DNA from: an uncultured Nitrososphaerota archaeon
GTDB lineage: Archaea > Thermoproteota > Nitrososphaeria > Nitrososphaerales > Gagatemarchaeaceae
Direction: 5' to 3'
Length of the DNA: 64,000 bases
Assembly (NCBI GenBank): GCA_963838925.1
Contig: CAWISW010000002.1
Coordinates: forward strand, 64,001 to 128,000
In this document: in pieces, positions 1 to 9,938 of the stretch
Layout: each line of letters begins with the position of its first letter
Position numbering within the stretch: position 1 is the first letter of the stretch
Program-made: the position numbers and the translations under genes
The notes under the pieces: generated by a model
Database searches by the model: none
What the model saw: the letters and a program-made list of their open reading frames with translations, nothing else
Told to the model about the DNA's origin: nothing

Positions 1-294
1 TGGAGCGGCCCCCCGTTGCTGGCTCACACGAAGGCTGCCGTCGAGAGAATCAGGAGCGTAGCGAGCCCTCTCTTCGAGATCAACGCCTGCGGGGGCATCA
101 GCAGCGCGGCCGACGCCGCGGCGCTGCTCGAGCTTGGTGCCACCACAGTCCAGGTATTCACAGGGCTCGTCTACCAAGGACCTGCGCTGGTGAAGGGCAT
201 ACTCACCGACCAAAGGGTCAGGCGGGCTGTCGAGGCGAGGAAGACCGCGATGTGGTCAGGGCCTGCCGCACATCCTCCAAGCGAGAAGAGCTAG
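1..294 (+). CDS. pyrD: Dihydroorotate dehydrogenase, C-terminal part (gene starts before the window)
   Basis: Frame is open from base 1. Reads SGPPL...CGGISSAADA...GATTVQVFTGLVYQGP, the DHODH C-terminal FMN-binding signature. Confidence 0.85.
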   Translation, partial: WSGPPLLAHTKAAVERIRSVASPLFEINACGGISSAADAAALLELGATTVQVFTGLVYQGPALVKGILTDQRVRRAVEARKTAMWSGPAAHPPSEKS

Positions 295-309
295 CTGCGG
301 CCGCCCGTG

Positions 310-888
310 TCATGCTAGCACTGTGATGACGCCCCTCATCCAGTCGGGGTGCCACATGCAGTAGTAGTGATAGACTCCGGGGACGGTGAAGGTCACCGTG
401 TACGTCTCGTTGGTCCCGAGTATCAGGTCGACCTGCGTCCCGCCGGTCGGTACGACGTCCGTCACAACCGTGTGCTGGCTGAGGTTGTCCTGGTTGATCC
501 AGGTCACCGAGTTGTTCACCCCTACCACGACCTTGACGTTCGCCGGGACGTAGTTCAAGCTCTGGTTGTCTGCTATCCCCTTGGGGATGATGATGAGCGT
601 GTCGTTGAAGAACAGGCCGAGCTTGTATCCCGGGGTGGTCGAAGTCACCGTCACAGTTTGGAAGGACGTGACGCCCGATCCCGAAGTGACCAGCGTCTGT
701 GTGGTGGTGATCGTCGAATCGCTCGTCGCGGTTATCGTCGTCGGGGAGATGAGCTGCGAAACGATGGTGGTAAGGCTGTTCTGCTGGCTGCTCAGGTCCG
801 TGTAGAAGTAGATCCCTTCAGAGAGGGCCGCGACCAGGAGGACAAGGACGGTGCCCGCGAATATCCTGGAGGAGACTCCTCGTCTCAA
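310..888 (-). CDS. Membrane-anchored plastocyanin/halocyanin-like blue copper protein
   Basis: N-terminal TM segment, Thr/Ser-rich linker, and type-1 Cu ligands HTV...YYCMWHPDWM. Confidence 0.85.
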   Translation of the reverse strand: MRRGVSSRIFAGTVLVLLVAALSEGIYFYTDLSSQQNSLTTIVSQLISPTTITATSDSTITTTQTLVTSGSGVTSFQTVTVTSTTPGYKLGLFFNDTLIIIPKGIADNQSLNYVPANVKVVVGVNNSVTWINQDNLSQHTVVTDVVPTGGTQVDLILGTNETYTVTFTVPGVYHYYCMWHPDWMRGVITVLA

Positions 889-996
889 GGTAGCCGAACG
901 AGTCGTTTGTTATATTAAAGACTATTTCCAATTCCCCGGCCGGCCGGGCGCACAGTGAACTACGGTTGAGCCACAAGACTTAATCAACAACTCGCC

Positions 997-1815
997 TTGC
1001 TTGGGGGCATGCTGGGTTTCGCTGAGACCTTCGGCGCGATCATCGGCTCATTCCTCGTCCCAGCATTCGTCGGGCTCCTAATCATCACGGCGGCCTCTCG
1101 TTCTGTGAGCCCAAAGTACCTGGCCGCGTTCGCGGTGGGCCTCTACCTGTGGTTCTTCTCCGACACCATCGGCGACGCTTCGCTCCTCGGGGTGAGCGAA
1201 GGGTTCACGGGGGGTTTCTGGCACGTCGCCCTCTGGGTGCTTTTCGCGATAGGTGTCATCGCCCTATTCGCGATCGACGGCAAGATGTTCGCCGAGGGCT
1301 CCCCAGGCGAGAGCCTGGGCTTCGCGATTCCGCTCCTAGTGGCTGTCGCCGTAGGCATCCACGGGTTCGGAGAGGGCGCCGCCATCGGTGCCACCGCGGC
1401 CACCACTCCCAGCACGAACCTCCTCGACGCGTTCGGCGGGCTGTCCGCGGCCGCCGCGTTCATCCTACACAAGGGCCTCGAGCCGATGATGGTAGGCGCC
1501 GCATACATCGCCTACGCCAAGGACCACGCGAGGGACATGGCCGGGCGCCTGAAGGACGTGTCAGTGCTGACGCTCGCCTTCACCCTCCCCGGGATCGTGG
1601 GCGGGGCGACAGCCTACTACTTGGTCCAGGCGTATCCGAGCGCGGACTTCACGTACGTCTTCGCCCTCGGACTAGGGACTTCGATCTATGCCGCCGTGAG
1701 GCTCGCAAGGCCGATGTTCCAAGGGACGGGGTCGAACTCAGAGTCAACGAAGACCGCCCTGGCGTTGATAATCGGCTTCACATGCCTTTATCTGGCGGCC
1801 TCGCTTCATTCATGA
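997..1815 (+). CDS. ZIP-family divalent metal transporter
   Basis: About 8 hydrophobic segments with ZIP-like motifs IHGFGEG and LHKGLE. Confidence 0.65.
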   Translation: MLGGMLGFAETFGAIIGSFLVPAFVGLLIITAASRSVSPKYLAAFAVGLYLWFFSDTIGDASLLGVSEGFTGGFWHVALWVLFAIGVIALFAIDGKMFAEGSPGESLGFAIPLLVAVAVGIHGFGEGAAIGATAATTPSTNLLDAFGGLSAAAAFILHKGLEPMMVGAAYIAYAKDHARDMAGRLKDVSVLTLAFTLPGIVGGATAYYLVQAYPSADFTYVFALGLGTSIYAAVRLARPMFQGTGSNSESTKTALALIIGFTCLYLAASLHS

Positions 1816-2303
1816 CGCAGGCCCACCTCGGAATGAATCCTAACCAACGCATAGTCCTCGTAGTGTTAGTTGTGGCGCTCATCGGTGCCAGCGCGACCAT
1901 CGGGCTGTACCTTGTCAGCAGGGGCGGAGGGGGGGGCTCGAGGCAGCTCCCTGCGGGCTGCGTCAAGCCGCCCGGCGGTTTCCTGATAATCGCCAGCAAC
2001 CTGGGCTACAACGACAGCGTTACCCACGGCGCGCCCGCGAAGTCGTGGCCGGTAATCACGGTCAAGCAGGGCCAGACCGTGAACATAACCGTGTGCAACA
2101 TCGACGTCCAGGCCCACGGCTTCCAGATAGGGCACTACTACGACGTCTCGACGGTCGGGGTGGTCACCATCGTCCCCGGCCAGGTGCTCAAGGTCCCCGC
2201 CTTCGTGGCCAACGAGACGGGATCGTTCCAGATCTATTGCGACATCTTCTGCTCGATTCACATCTACATGCAGAGCGGGCTGCTGAACGTGACTTCAGCA
2301 TAG
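1812..2303 (+). CDS. Membrane-anchored cupredoxin with a CuA-like motif
   Basis: ATG 1812 overlaps the ZIP stop (ATGA). TM anchor, then HGF...CDIFCSIHIYM. This is the 3' part of track ORF 1149..2303. Confidence 0.75.
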   Translation: MTQAHLGMNPNQRIVLVVLVVALIGASATIGLYLVSRGGGGGSRQLPAGCVKPPGGFLIIASNLGYNDSVTHGAPAKSWPVITVKQGQTVNITVCNIDVQAHGFQIGHYYDVSTVGVVTIVPGQVLKVPAFVANETGSFQIYCDIFCSIHIYMQSGLLNVTSA

Positions 2304-2350
2304 GCGACCCTGCCCTACGTCCGCCAGGCTAAACCTTCATATTTCGAAAC

Positions 2351-2680
2351 GTGGTGTTTGACTCATTGTTCCTGATCACCTCTGACCCCGACGACGCGAT
2401 GCACCTGCTCTTGGCGGTGCTATCTGTGCTCTTGATGATAGTGTCGGTGAACGCCTACAGAAAGAGGCCAGAGAGCAGGTACTTCCTCCTCATGCTCGCC
2501 TTCGTCTTCCTCTGCCTTGACCAAGTGGTCACCGCGTATCAGGAGTTCTTCCTCGGCGGCGAGCTCATCGGGCTGCCATTCGTCGACCTTCACCTCATCC
2601 ACTTCCTAGAGCTCTTGATGATACTCAGCTTTCTCGCAGCGATCGTGAAGCCCTCGAAGAGAGGCGAGGTCATGCCTTGA
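2351..2680 (+). CDS. Small 3-TM membrane protein coupled to a wHTH regulator
   Basis: Three hydrophobic helices. Paralogous to 53566..53895 (AYRK..R..LL...AF). Confidence 0.7.
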   Translation: MVFDSLFLITSDPDDAMHLLLAVLSVLLMIVSVNAYRKRPESRYFLLMLAFVFLCLDQVVTAYQEFFLGGELIGLPFVDLHLIHFLELLMILSFLAAIVKPSKRGEVMP

Positions 2681-3192
2681 ACGAGGATGTCAACTTCAAC
2701 AAGATGAGAGCCAAGTCCCTGGTGGGTCTCTTCCCCGGGATCCATCTGAGGAAGCTCCAGAGGCTCCTCGGCACATCGTTCAGCACGACGCGGTACCACG
2801 TCGACCATCTCTTGCGGGAGGGCGACATTGTCTCTGAGCACGAGAGGGGGTACACCCGGCTCTTCCCTAGCGGGATCGATGAGCAAGACCGGAGGATCTA
2901 CGCCGGCCTGCAGAACAAGAGTACGCGTTCGGTCCTCCATGCACTGATCAGCTCCCAGCCACTGAACAAGGCAGAGATGGCCGACGCAACCCGGCTCAGC
3001 AAGTCGACGGTAGCAAGACAGGTGGAGTCGCTGAAGCTCTTGGAGATGATCGAGCAGGCAGGGTCCCGCGGTGGTCAGCCCGGCTATAGGGTCGTCGACG
3101 CCAAGAAGGTGGCCCTCATCCTGTCGGCCCTGGAGAGGAGCCCCCTGAGAGCGGCCACGGACAACTTCATCGACCTTTGGGGCGGGTACTGA
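2677..3192 (+). CDS. Tandem winged-helix transcriptional regulator
   Basis: PGIHLRKLQRLLG..FSTTRYHV plus a second HTH (KAEMADATRLSKSTVARQV). Overlaps the upstream stop codon. Confidence 0.8.
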   Translation: MNEDVNFNKMRAKSLVGLFPGIHLRKLQRLLGTSFSTTRYHVDHLLREGDIVSEHERGYTRLFPSGIDEQDRRIYAGLQNKSTRSVLHALISSQPLNKAEMADATRLSKSTVARQVESLKLLEMIEQAGSRGGQPGYRVVDAKKVALILSALERSPLRAATDNFIDLWGGY

Positions 3193-3337
3193 GCGGCAAG
3201 CTCCGCCCTCGTCAGCGGCTTCCTGGGTCTGCTCCGATTCTGTCAGTGCGCGGTCCGGAGGCAAGAAGAGCTGTCTGTGCTCAGAGCTCTTCGACCCGGG
3301 TCTGCCTTATCAATGGGCGGCCGCCCAGTATCTCGCC

Positions 3338-4171
3338 TTGGGCGAAGTCATCCTCGGCACATCGGGGTGGTCGTACAAGGAGTGGGAGGGTCCCTTCTAT
3401 CCCAAGGGAGAGAAGAAGAAGCTCACCTTCTACTCCAAGTTCTTCAAGACCGTGGAGATCGACTCCACCTTCTACGCCTACCCAAGCCAGGGAATGATCA
3501 TCGGAGCCGCCAGGAGCACTCCGGCCGGGTTCGTCTTCAGCGCCAAGCTCCCGAAGCTGATCACCCACGAGAAGACCGTCGACGTCGAGCGAGGAGTCAA
3601 GGAGGACCTCTTCAGGTTCATGCATCTGATGAAGCCGCTCATAGATGACGGCAAGCTCGGCCCGCTCCTCATCCAGCTCCCTCCGAGCTTCTCTTACTCC
3701 GCTGGGATGAGGAAGCTCCGGGGCTTCCTCGACGTTCTCCCATCTGACGTGTCCTTCGCAGCCGAGTTCCGGAACAGGTCTTGGTTGGGGAAGGGGGACG
3801 CACTCGACATTCTGAGGGCTCACAATGTCGCCGTGACCACCGTCGACGAGCCCCTGCTCCCTCCTAACACCATGACGACCGCTGACTTTGCGTTCGTGCG
3901 TTGGCACGGCCGCGGGGAAAGGCCATGGTACAACTACCGATATCGGCAGGAGGAGCTCAAGGGCTGGGAGAAGAAGGTCAAGGAAATCGCGACCAAGACA
4001 AAGAAGGTCTACGGCTACTTCAACAACCACTTCCACGGATTCGCCGTCGAGAACGGCCTGCAGATGATGGGGCTGCTGGGCTCGGCCGACGCAGAGCAGC
4101 GGAAGCTCCTCGCTCAGGTGACAAAGAGGATCGACGCCGGGTTCAACAGAGAGCAGGTCACCTTGATGTAA
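3338..4171 (+). CDS. DUF72 (YecE-like) TIM-barrel protein
   Basis: GTSGWSY..W...FYP, VEIDSTFY, QLPPSF, EFRN, VRWHGR and YFNNH motifs. Confidence 0.9.
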   Translation: MGEVILGTSGWSYKEWEGPFYPKGEKKKLTFYSKFFKTVEIDSTFYAYPSQGMIIGAARSTPAGFVFSAKLPKLITHEKTVDVERGVKEDLFRFMHLMKPLIDDGKLGPLLIQLPPSFSYSAGMRKLRGFLDVLPSDVSFAAEFRNRSWLGKGDALDILRAHNVAVTTVDEPLLPPNTMTTADFAFVRWHGRGERPWYNYRYRQEELKGWEKKVKEIATKTKKVYGYFNNHFHGFAVENGLQMMGLLGSADAEQRKLLAQVTKRIDAGFNREQVTLM

Positions 4172-4275
4172 GGGACCTCTATGACACCGCAGCGTCGTAG
4201 AGGGGTCAGATGGGTGCACCAACAGGGTTCGCGAGGTTTTATCTACGTTCGAGGAGGAAGAACAGGGAGGACCTC

Positions 4276-6321
4276 TTGCAAGAAGACGGCTCGACGATTC
4301 GTGATTCCCTGGGGGCGCTCTTCAATCCTAGGAGCATCGCCGTCGTAGGCGCGTCAAGGAATAGGGACAAGATAGGCAACCTGGTCTTCCGGAACCTCGC
4401 GTCCACCTTCAAGGGGAAGCTCTACCCTGTCAACTCAAGCGGGGCGGACGTGGAGGGAGTAAAGTCGTACGCCTCTCTGTCCATGATCGAGGAGGACGTC
4501 GACCTCGTCGTGGTCGCTGTCCCGAGGGACGCAGTGCCTGACGTGATGCTGGATGCGGCGAAGAAGCGGGTCCGCGGTGCGGTAGTAATCACGTCAGGGT
4601 TCAGGGAGGTCGACGAGCACGGGGCTTGGCTCGAGCAGAGGATCAAAGAGATTGCCGCCGCGGCGGGGATCAGGCTCTTCGGGCCCAACACCCTCGGTCT
4701 GGTGACCCCCTCGTTCAACGCAACGTTCACGTTCTCTGACGTCCCCCGGGGGAAGGTCGCGCTGGTCGCGCAGAGCGGCGGGCTCGGCGTCTACATGCTT
4801 GAGTGGGCCCAGCGCAGCAGGACCGGGATCAGCTACTTCGTGAGCCTCGGCAACCAGGCGGACGTCTCAGAGTCCGACGCGATGGAGTTCCTCGCCGCCG
4901 ACCCCTCGACAAGCGTGATTTTCGTCTACTTGGAGAGCGTCAGCGACGGGAAGAAGTTCCTCGAGCTCGTCCCGGAGGCCACGAAACGGAAGCCCGTGAT
5001 CTTTCTGAAGGGCGGCCTAGGAAAGAAGGCCTCCGAGGCGGCCAGGACTCACACCGGAAGCCTCGCGGGATCCGCGGACGTGTTCAAGGCGGCCGTCAAC
5101 GCCGTTGGCGGGATGCTTGTCGAGAACTTGGAGGACTCGCTCAACCTCGCGAGGCTGCTCATTGGCGAAGAGGAGATCAAGCCTGACATCCTGGTGGTCA
5201 CCAACTCCGGCGGGCACGGCGTGATAACCGCCGACGAGATAGAGCGCCGCTCACTCAGACTGGCATCGCTCCCCGAGGAGGCGGTCTCGCGCCTGGCCGG
5301 GATCCTCCCACCCCAGATCCGTCCTAGGAACCCGCTCGACCTCTCGGGAGACGCGACGGCCCAGAGGTACGCGGAGTCGCTGTCGCAAGTCCAGGACCTT
5401 GGGTGCACGAAGCTCGTGCTCGTGCAATCCCTTCCCCTCCTGAGCTGCGTCGAGGTCGCGGACACGATCATGCGGTTCAAGGGGAAGAGCATGGTCGGGG
5501 TAATGATGGGGACTGACGAGGACGCGGCCACGAAGGTCCTGGACGTCGGCGGCATCCCGAGCTTCAAGTTCCCCGAGGACGCCGTCCGGGCAATCAGCTA
5601 CTTCGTGAACCGGCCCACGCCGAGGAATAAGACTAGGACTCCGAATCCGAGCGAGGCCGCGAGGAACCTCGTCTCTGGCAAGCGGTTCCTGACAGACAGC
5701 GAAGGATTGCGGCTAATGGAGCTCTACGGGATAAAATTGCCTCGCTACGGGGTGGCCTCCACCATCGAAGAAGCCCAGAGGCTCGCCGAGAGCGTCGGGT
5801 ATCCGGTCGTGATGAAGATATCCCCAGACGAGCCGGTCCACAAGACCGAGCTCAAGGGAGTCGTCATGAACGTCGCCGGTTCAGAGCGGGTCAAGAGCGT
5901 CTTCTCCGACCTGTCGAAGATCACGAGGCGTGTCATGATCCAGCAGCAGGTCAGCGGGCTCGAGGTGTTCGTCGGGGGGATAGACGATTCCACCTTCGGC
6001 CAGACCGCACTCGTCTCGGCAGGAGGCATCTACGTGGAGGTGATGGGCCGCCCCTCCCACAGGCTGGCTCCGGTCGAGGAGGACGAGGCGGTGGAGATGC
6101 TGCACGAGAGCAGGGTTCACGACATGTTGAACGCGAGGAACCGGGGCTACGACGAGCGTGCCCTGCTGAGGACGATCGAGCAGGTCTCGCGGATGACCGT
6201 CGACCTTCAGATCGGCGAGTTGGACCTGAATCCGGTAATCGTCAACGAGGAAGGTGCGTTCGTCGTGGACATCCGCGTCGTCTTGGGAGGGAGAGGCGAC
6301 GGCTCCGCGGCCTCTGTGTGA
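4276..6321 (+). CDS. ADP-forming acyl-CoA synthetase (acetate-CoA ligase), fused alpha/beta
   Basis: PRSIAVVGAS, GPNTLG, QSGG, SLGNQAD, phospho-His site HTGSLAG, NPLDL, and a C-terminal ATP-grasp (HKTE, ELDLNP). TTG 4276 follows GGAGG; the track start is 4210. Confidence 0.9.
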   Translation: MQEDGSTIRDSLGALFNPRSIAVVGASRNRDKIGNLVFRNLASTFKGKLYPVNSSGADVEGVKSYASLSMIEEDVDLVVVAVPRDAVPDVMLDAAKKRVRGAVVITSGFREVDEHGAWLEQRIKEIAAAAGIRLFGPNTLGLVTPSFNATFTFSDVPRGKVALVAQSGGLGVYMLEWAQRSRTGISYFVSLGNQADVSESDAMEFLAADPSTSVIFVYLESVSDGKKFLELVPEATKRKPVIFLKGGLGKKASEAARTHTGSLAGSADVFKAAVNAVGGMLVENLEDSLNLARLLIGEEEIKPDILVVTNSGGHGVITADEIERRSLRLASLPEEAVSRLAGILPPQIRPRNPLDLSGDATAQRYAESLSQVQDLGCTKLVLVQSLPLLSCVEVADTIMRFKGKSMVGVMMGTDEDAATKVLDVGGIPSFKFPEDAVRAISYFVNRPTPRNKTRTPNPSEAARNLVSGKRFLTDSEGLRLMELYGIKLPRYGVASTIEEAQRLAESVGYPVVMKISPDEPVHKTELKGVVMNVAGSERVKSVFSDLSKITRRVMIQQQVSGLEVFVGGIDDSTFGQTALVSAGGIYVEVMGRPSHRLAPVEEDEAVEMLHESRVHDMLNARNRGYDERALLRTIEQVSRMTVDLQIGELDLNPVIVNEEGAFVVDIRVVLGGRGDGSAASV

Positions 6322-6387
6322 CCGAGGACAGCCCGAGTCCTTGCCGTTGTCAGACTTGGGAATCGTGTCCCCTCTTTTTATCGAGAA

Positions 6388-7011
6388 ATGCCCCTCTACA
6401 TTCGAGGGAAATTGACGCCAAGCCTGAGCCAAAGAGCCGCGCTTTCAGGGTTGCTCGTTGCCGCTTCGTTGCTCTTGCTCCAGGCGCCCTCAGCCCTTGC
6501 TCAGGCTCCAGGTTCGCAGAACTCCTCGACCACAGGCCCGCATTCGATCTGGTGGGCATCATCCGTCTGGAACAACCGGATCCCCGGAGACACCGTCAGG
6601 TACCTCTTCCTAGTATACAACAACGACCCAGCCAACAAGACGATGACGCTGAAGACGCTCTCGCTCCAGACCCCTTGGGCCAACTACACCGCCACGGGGC
6701 TCCCAGCCTCGCTTTGCGTCAGCTGTAGGTACGCCTGGGCGCAGTTCCTGACCATCCCATCGACACAGCAGCCGGCCAATGTCACTTTCTACACGAGGCT
6801 CACAGGGACCTACGGTTCCGGCGCGCCTCTATGCGCTGACACAAACAACGTCTGCGAGGACGTGACTCCGGTGACCATCGGCACCAACTCGTCCTCTCTG
6901 CAGCAGACCGTAAACAACTACTCGAACTTCTACCTACCTCTTGGCGTAGGGATCCCTAGCCTCGTCGCGGTGGTTCTCTTGGTGCTGTACCTGAGGAAGC
7001 CCTCTCTCTAA
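6388..7011 (+). CDS. Secreted, C-terminally anchored hypothetical surface protein
   Basis: Signal peptide, beta-rich body with N-glycosylation sequons and Cys pairs, C-terminal TM followed by RK. Confidence 0.6.
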   Translation: MPLYIRGKLTPSLSQRAALSGLLVAASLLLLQAPSALAQAPGSQNSSTTGPHSIWWASSVWNNRIPGDTVRYLFLVYNNDPANKTMTLKTLSLQTPWANYTATGLPASLCVSCRYAWAQFLTIPSTQQPANVTFYTRLTGTYGSGAPLCADTNNVCEDVTPVTIGTNSSSLQQTVNNYSNFYLPLGVGIPSLVAVVLLVLYLRKPSL

Positions 7012-7214
7012 GCCGTAGCCTTGCGGATTCAACGTCCATCTTGCCAAAGTCCTTTCGACTTGCTCGACCACGCGGAGGGGGCGCCTCCCCATCCGCACCG
7101 AGCCGGTCATCGACTAGGGGCACAAACCGCCCTCTTTCAGGGAATCTAGGTCAGTGCTCTTCCAAGTCGTTAGGTTGTCTGGGACTTGCCTACCGGTCTT
7201 GAGGTTAACTTGCG

Positions 7215-7541
7215 CTATCGCTTTGCTGCGCCGCTGACAGCCAAGGAGATCTTCCTTCCGTCAACCTCCAAGGCAGTGAGCGCCCCCTGGGAGCTCGACG
7301 TTACCCTAAAGTCCACTAGGCGACGTTCGCCCTTGACCCCGCTTATCTTCAGGAAGCCCTCGACGGAGTTCCCGTCGACCTGCCGAATCTTGAGTCCGAC
7401 GAGCTTCTTGCCCTTGAGGTAGTTCTTCTCGAGAGCCAATCGAATCTTGCCCTCAAGCGCCGTCCCTCTGTCTTCAGCCGCCGTGGCCCGAGCGCGCTGT
7501 TGCGCGTCTGCTGCAGCCGGCTTTGCTCGCATTGACTCCAT
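7215..7541 (-). CDS. Basic hypothetical protein
   Basis: ATG at 7541 overlaps the stop of the upstream cupredoxin (TGATG). This is the 3' part of track ORF 7215..7718. Confidence 0.5.
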   Translation of the reverse strand: MESMRAKPAAADAQQRARATAAEDRGTALEGKIRLALEKNYLKGKKLVGLKIRQVDGNSVEGFLKISGVKGERRLVDFRVTSSSQGALTALEVDGRKISLAVSGAAKR

Positions 7542-8515
7542 CAACCTGATTTCACTATTACGGTCCCGACCATCCATGGGTGGTAGAGGCAGTGGTACTC
7601 GTAGGTCCCTGGCGTTGTGAAGGTGAAGGTGAACGTGCCCGTCGGCGCGATGTTCCCGGAGCCGAAGCTCCCGTCGTTCGCCGTGACCGTGTGCGGGGCG
7701 CTGTCGTCGTTCACCCACGTCACAGTGTTGTTGACTCCTATCACTACCGTCACCGGAGAGGGCGCAAAGGACTGCGCGATCGAAGCGTTGGCTCCAGATC
7801 CCTGGACCATGTCCACCGTGGTAATGTTCGGCGAGGAGCCGCCCGCCTGCCCTGGAGTCGAGGCCTTTCCTGTGTACGCCGAGTCGGGGAGAACAGTGAG
7901 GTACCCTATCATCCCGATTTCAGCGTGATAGGTGCACACGAACTCGAAGATCCCCGCGTACTTCGCGACGAAGCTGTAGGTCGCGGAGACTCCGCCGGGC
8001 TTCCCAGTCACCACAACTCCTGGGGAGCTGTTCTTCTGGGGCGTGCTGAAGGTCTGACCTGTGATGTCGTTTACCAGGCCAGGCACCGTCGCATTAACGA
8101 TTATGTTGTAAGGCGGCCCTATGACAAAGTCGTGGGCGACTGTATCGTTGTCGATTAGCGTGAGGTCCACCGTGTCGCCTTGGTTCACTACGATGGTCGA
8201 GGGGTCGAACCTATCCTGAGCGGCCGCAGGCGAGAGGTACCACGTCTCCCTGATCTGCCTTATGGTGTTCGTCTGGTTCATTACCGGTAGCGAAAGAGCG
8301 TTGACGACCGCGCTCGAGCTCGTGGTAGTGGTCGTGGCGGGGCTCTTGCTTCCCGCGGCGACTGCAGACTGCAGCGAAGATATCTGCTGCGAGTTCGTGC
8401 TCACCACGCTCAAAGATGCAAAAGCCATGGTGCCGAAGATCAGCACTAGCCCCACAAGAGCGCCCTCAACGGTCGTAACCCCTACTCGACGTGCTCTCCT
8501 CGAAACCAGTCTCAT
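7541..8515 (-). CDS. Membrane-anchored protein with two cupredoxin domains
   Basis: TM anchor. Domain 1 reads AHDF...FVCTYHAEIGM; domain 2 reads PHTV...YHCLYHPWM. Start is uncertain (8515 or 8566). Confidence 0.85.
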   Translation of the reverse strand: MRLVSRRARRVGVTTVEGALVGLVLIFGTMAFASLSVVSTNSQQISSLQSAVAAGSKSPATTTTTSSSAVVNALSLPVMNQTNTIRQIRETWYLSPAAAQDRFDPSTIVVNQGDTVDLTLIDNDTVAHDFVIGPPYNIIVNATVPGLVNDITGQTFSTPQKNSSPGVVVTGKPGGVSATYSFVAKYAGIFEFVCTYHAEIGMIGYLTVLPDSAYTGKASTPGQAGGSSPNITTVDMVQGSGANASIAQSFAPSPVTVVIGVNNTVTWVNDDSAPHTVTANDGSFGSGNIAPTGTFTFTFTTPGTYEYHCLYHPWMVGTVIVKSG

Positions 8516-8612
8516 CACGCGAATCAAGGCGTCGCGGAGTATATCTCGCCGCCTGTACGTTCTCATGCAACCCGCATAGGCTTATGTACAAATGCACACG
8601 CCGCGGGACGCC

Positions 8613-9206
8613 ATGGCGAGGACAAACATTGCCGTGGAGGAGGAGACGGCGGACCTCCTGGCCGACGAAGCCACGAGAGAGAACAAGAGCCTCTACGCGA
8701 TAACGAACGAGGCTCTAACGGCTGTCTTGAAGATCTGCAAGTATGGAGGAGCACCTGACGAGGTGTACCCGTCATGGAGGTGGAGCAGGATCCTGAAGGA
8801 CACCGACGCCATCCCGCTCCCGGGAGGACTCATGGAGAAGCTCATGCAGAGGGCCTATGCAACAGACAAGGACTGGCTCCTCAACGAGTGGTTTGACGAG
8901 GGCCGGAGGGTGGGCTCCTACCTCCACATGTACGCCCCCGACTTCCAGACGCTGGCCACCAGAGTGGGCGAGCTCGAGGGGCTTCTGCCCGTCAAGAGGG
9001 TGGAAATCGACAAGAAGGACGACCAGGGGGCGGTCACGATATCAATAAGGATAATCGGCGCGGGCTTCTCTCATGAATCGACGAGCTGCACGGAGCAGTT
9101 CCTACTGGGGCTACTTGCTGCGTACCCGTACAAGATCACTGAGAACAGGGTCACCGACGGGATGATTGAGGTCACCGCCGTGGAAGAGAAAAGACCCACG
9201 CGCTGA
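8613..9206 (+). CDS. Hypothetical regulator with an N-terminal ribbon-helix-helix-like segment
   Basis: MARTNIAVEEETADLL...KSLYAITNEAL resembles an RHH. The C-terminal alpha/beta domain has unknown function. Confidence 0.5.
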   Translation: MARTNIAVEEETADLLADEATRENKSLYAITNEALTAVLKICKYGGAPDEVYPSWRWSRILKDTDAIPLPGGLMEKLMQRAYATDKDWLLNEWFDEGRRVGSYLHMYAPDFQTLATRVGELEGLLPVKRVEIDKKDDQGAVTISIRIIGAGFSHESTSCTEQFLLGLLAAYPYKITENRVTDGMIEVTAVEEKRPTR

Positions 9207-9380
9207 AGGACCACCCAGAGCAACCCCAAAAAACGGCTGGAAGGACCATCTGAGGGCAGAAACCAGCCCTTATACTCCGGCAGGAGCGGGAACCTGTCCA
9301 CAGTTGTGCACATTCTTAGTCGAAGGGGCAACAAACGTACAAGCCGTGTCTAATACTACAAGGCTCTATCATGACGCCAG

Positions 9381-9932
9381 ATGGTTAGGATGGCACAGGA
9401 AATACAGCACGTCGACGGAGCAAGACCCCTGGCTCCGGGATTGCAAGGCAACATGCACCCTCTGCGCTTGCCGAAGTTCGACGATGTCAAGCCGCGGATT
9501 CACGCGGAGGATCCCGCGGTCCAAAACCTGCGGACCTCCAACGCGATTCTGGGAGCTCTGGGAGACGAGTCCTCGCGGAGGATACTCCTCTCGGCCATAG
9601 TTTCAGGGAAGACGGTCGAGGACATCAGCGCAGAGCAGAACCTTCCCTTGAGCACCTGCTACCGGCGGATTCGGCAGTTCGTGGATGAGGGACTCATGAT
9701 CTTGGAGAGGATAGTCGTCACCCGGACTGGAAAGAAGTACGCGCTCTACAGAACCTCGTTCTCGGAGGCTGCGCTGAAGCTCAACGGTGGGGAGGTATCC
9801 ATCGAGGTCGTCCCCAACGCCGACGTCCTCGACAAGCTTCACTCGAGGTGGATTTCGACGAATTACTCTCAGCCTGGTCAAGCTGCCGGCCTTCCGACGA
9901 AGGCCAGGGCATGCAAGAGTCCATTCGAGTGA
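9381..9932 (+). CDS. ArsR-like winged HTH regulator
   Basis: ALGDESSRRIL...KTVEDISAEQNLPLSTCYRRI...GKKYALYR. Confidence 0.8.
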   Translation: MVRMAQEIQHVDGARPLAPGLQGNMHPLRLPKFDDVKPRIHAEDPAVQNLRTSNAILGALGDESSRRILLSAIVSGKTVEDISAEQNLPLSTCYRRIRQFVDEGLMILERIVVTRTGKKYALYRTSFSEAALKLNGGEVSIEVVPNADVLDKLHSRWISTNYSQPGQAAGLPTKARACKSPFE

Positions 9933-9938
9933 GGGCCC

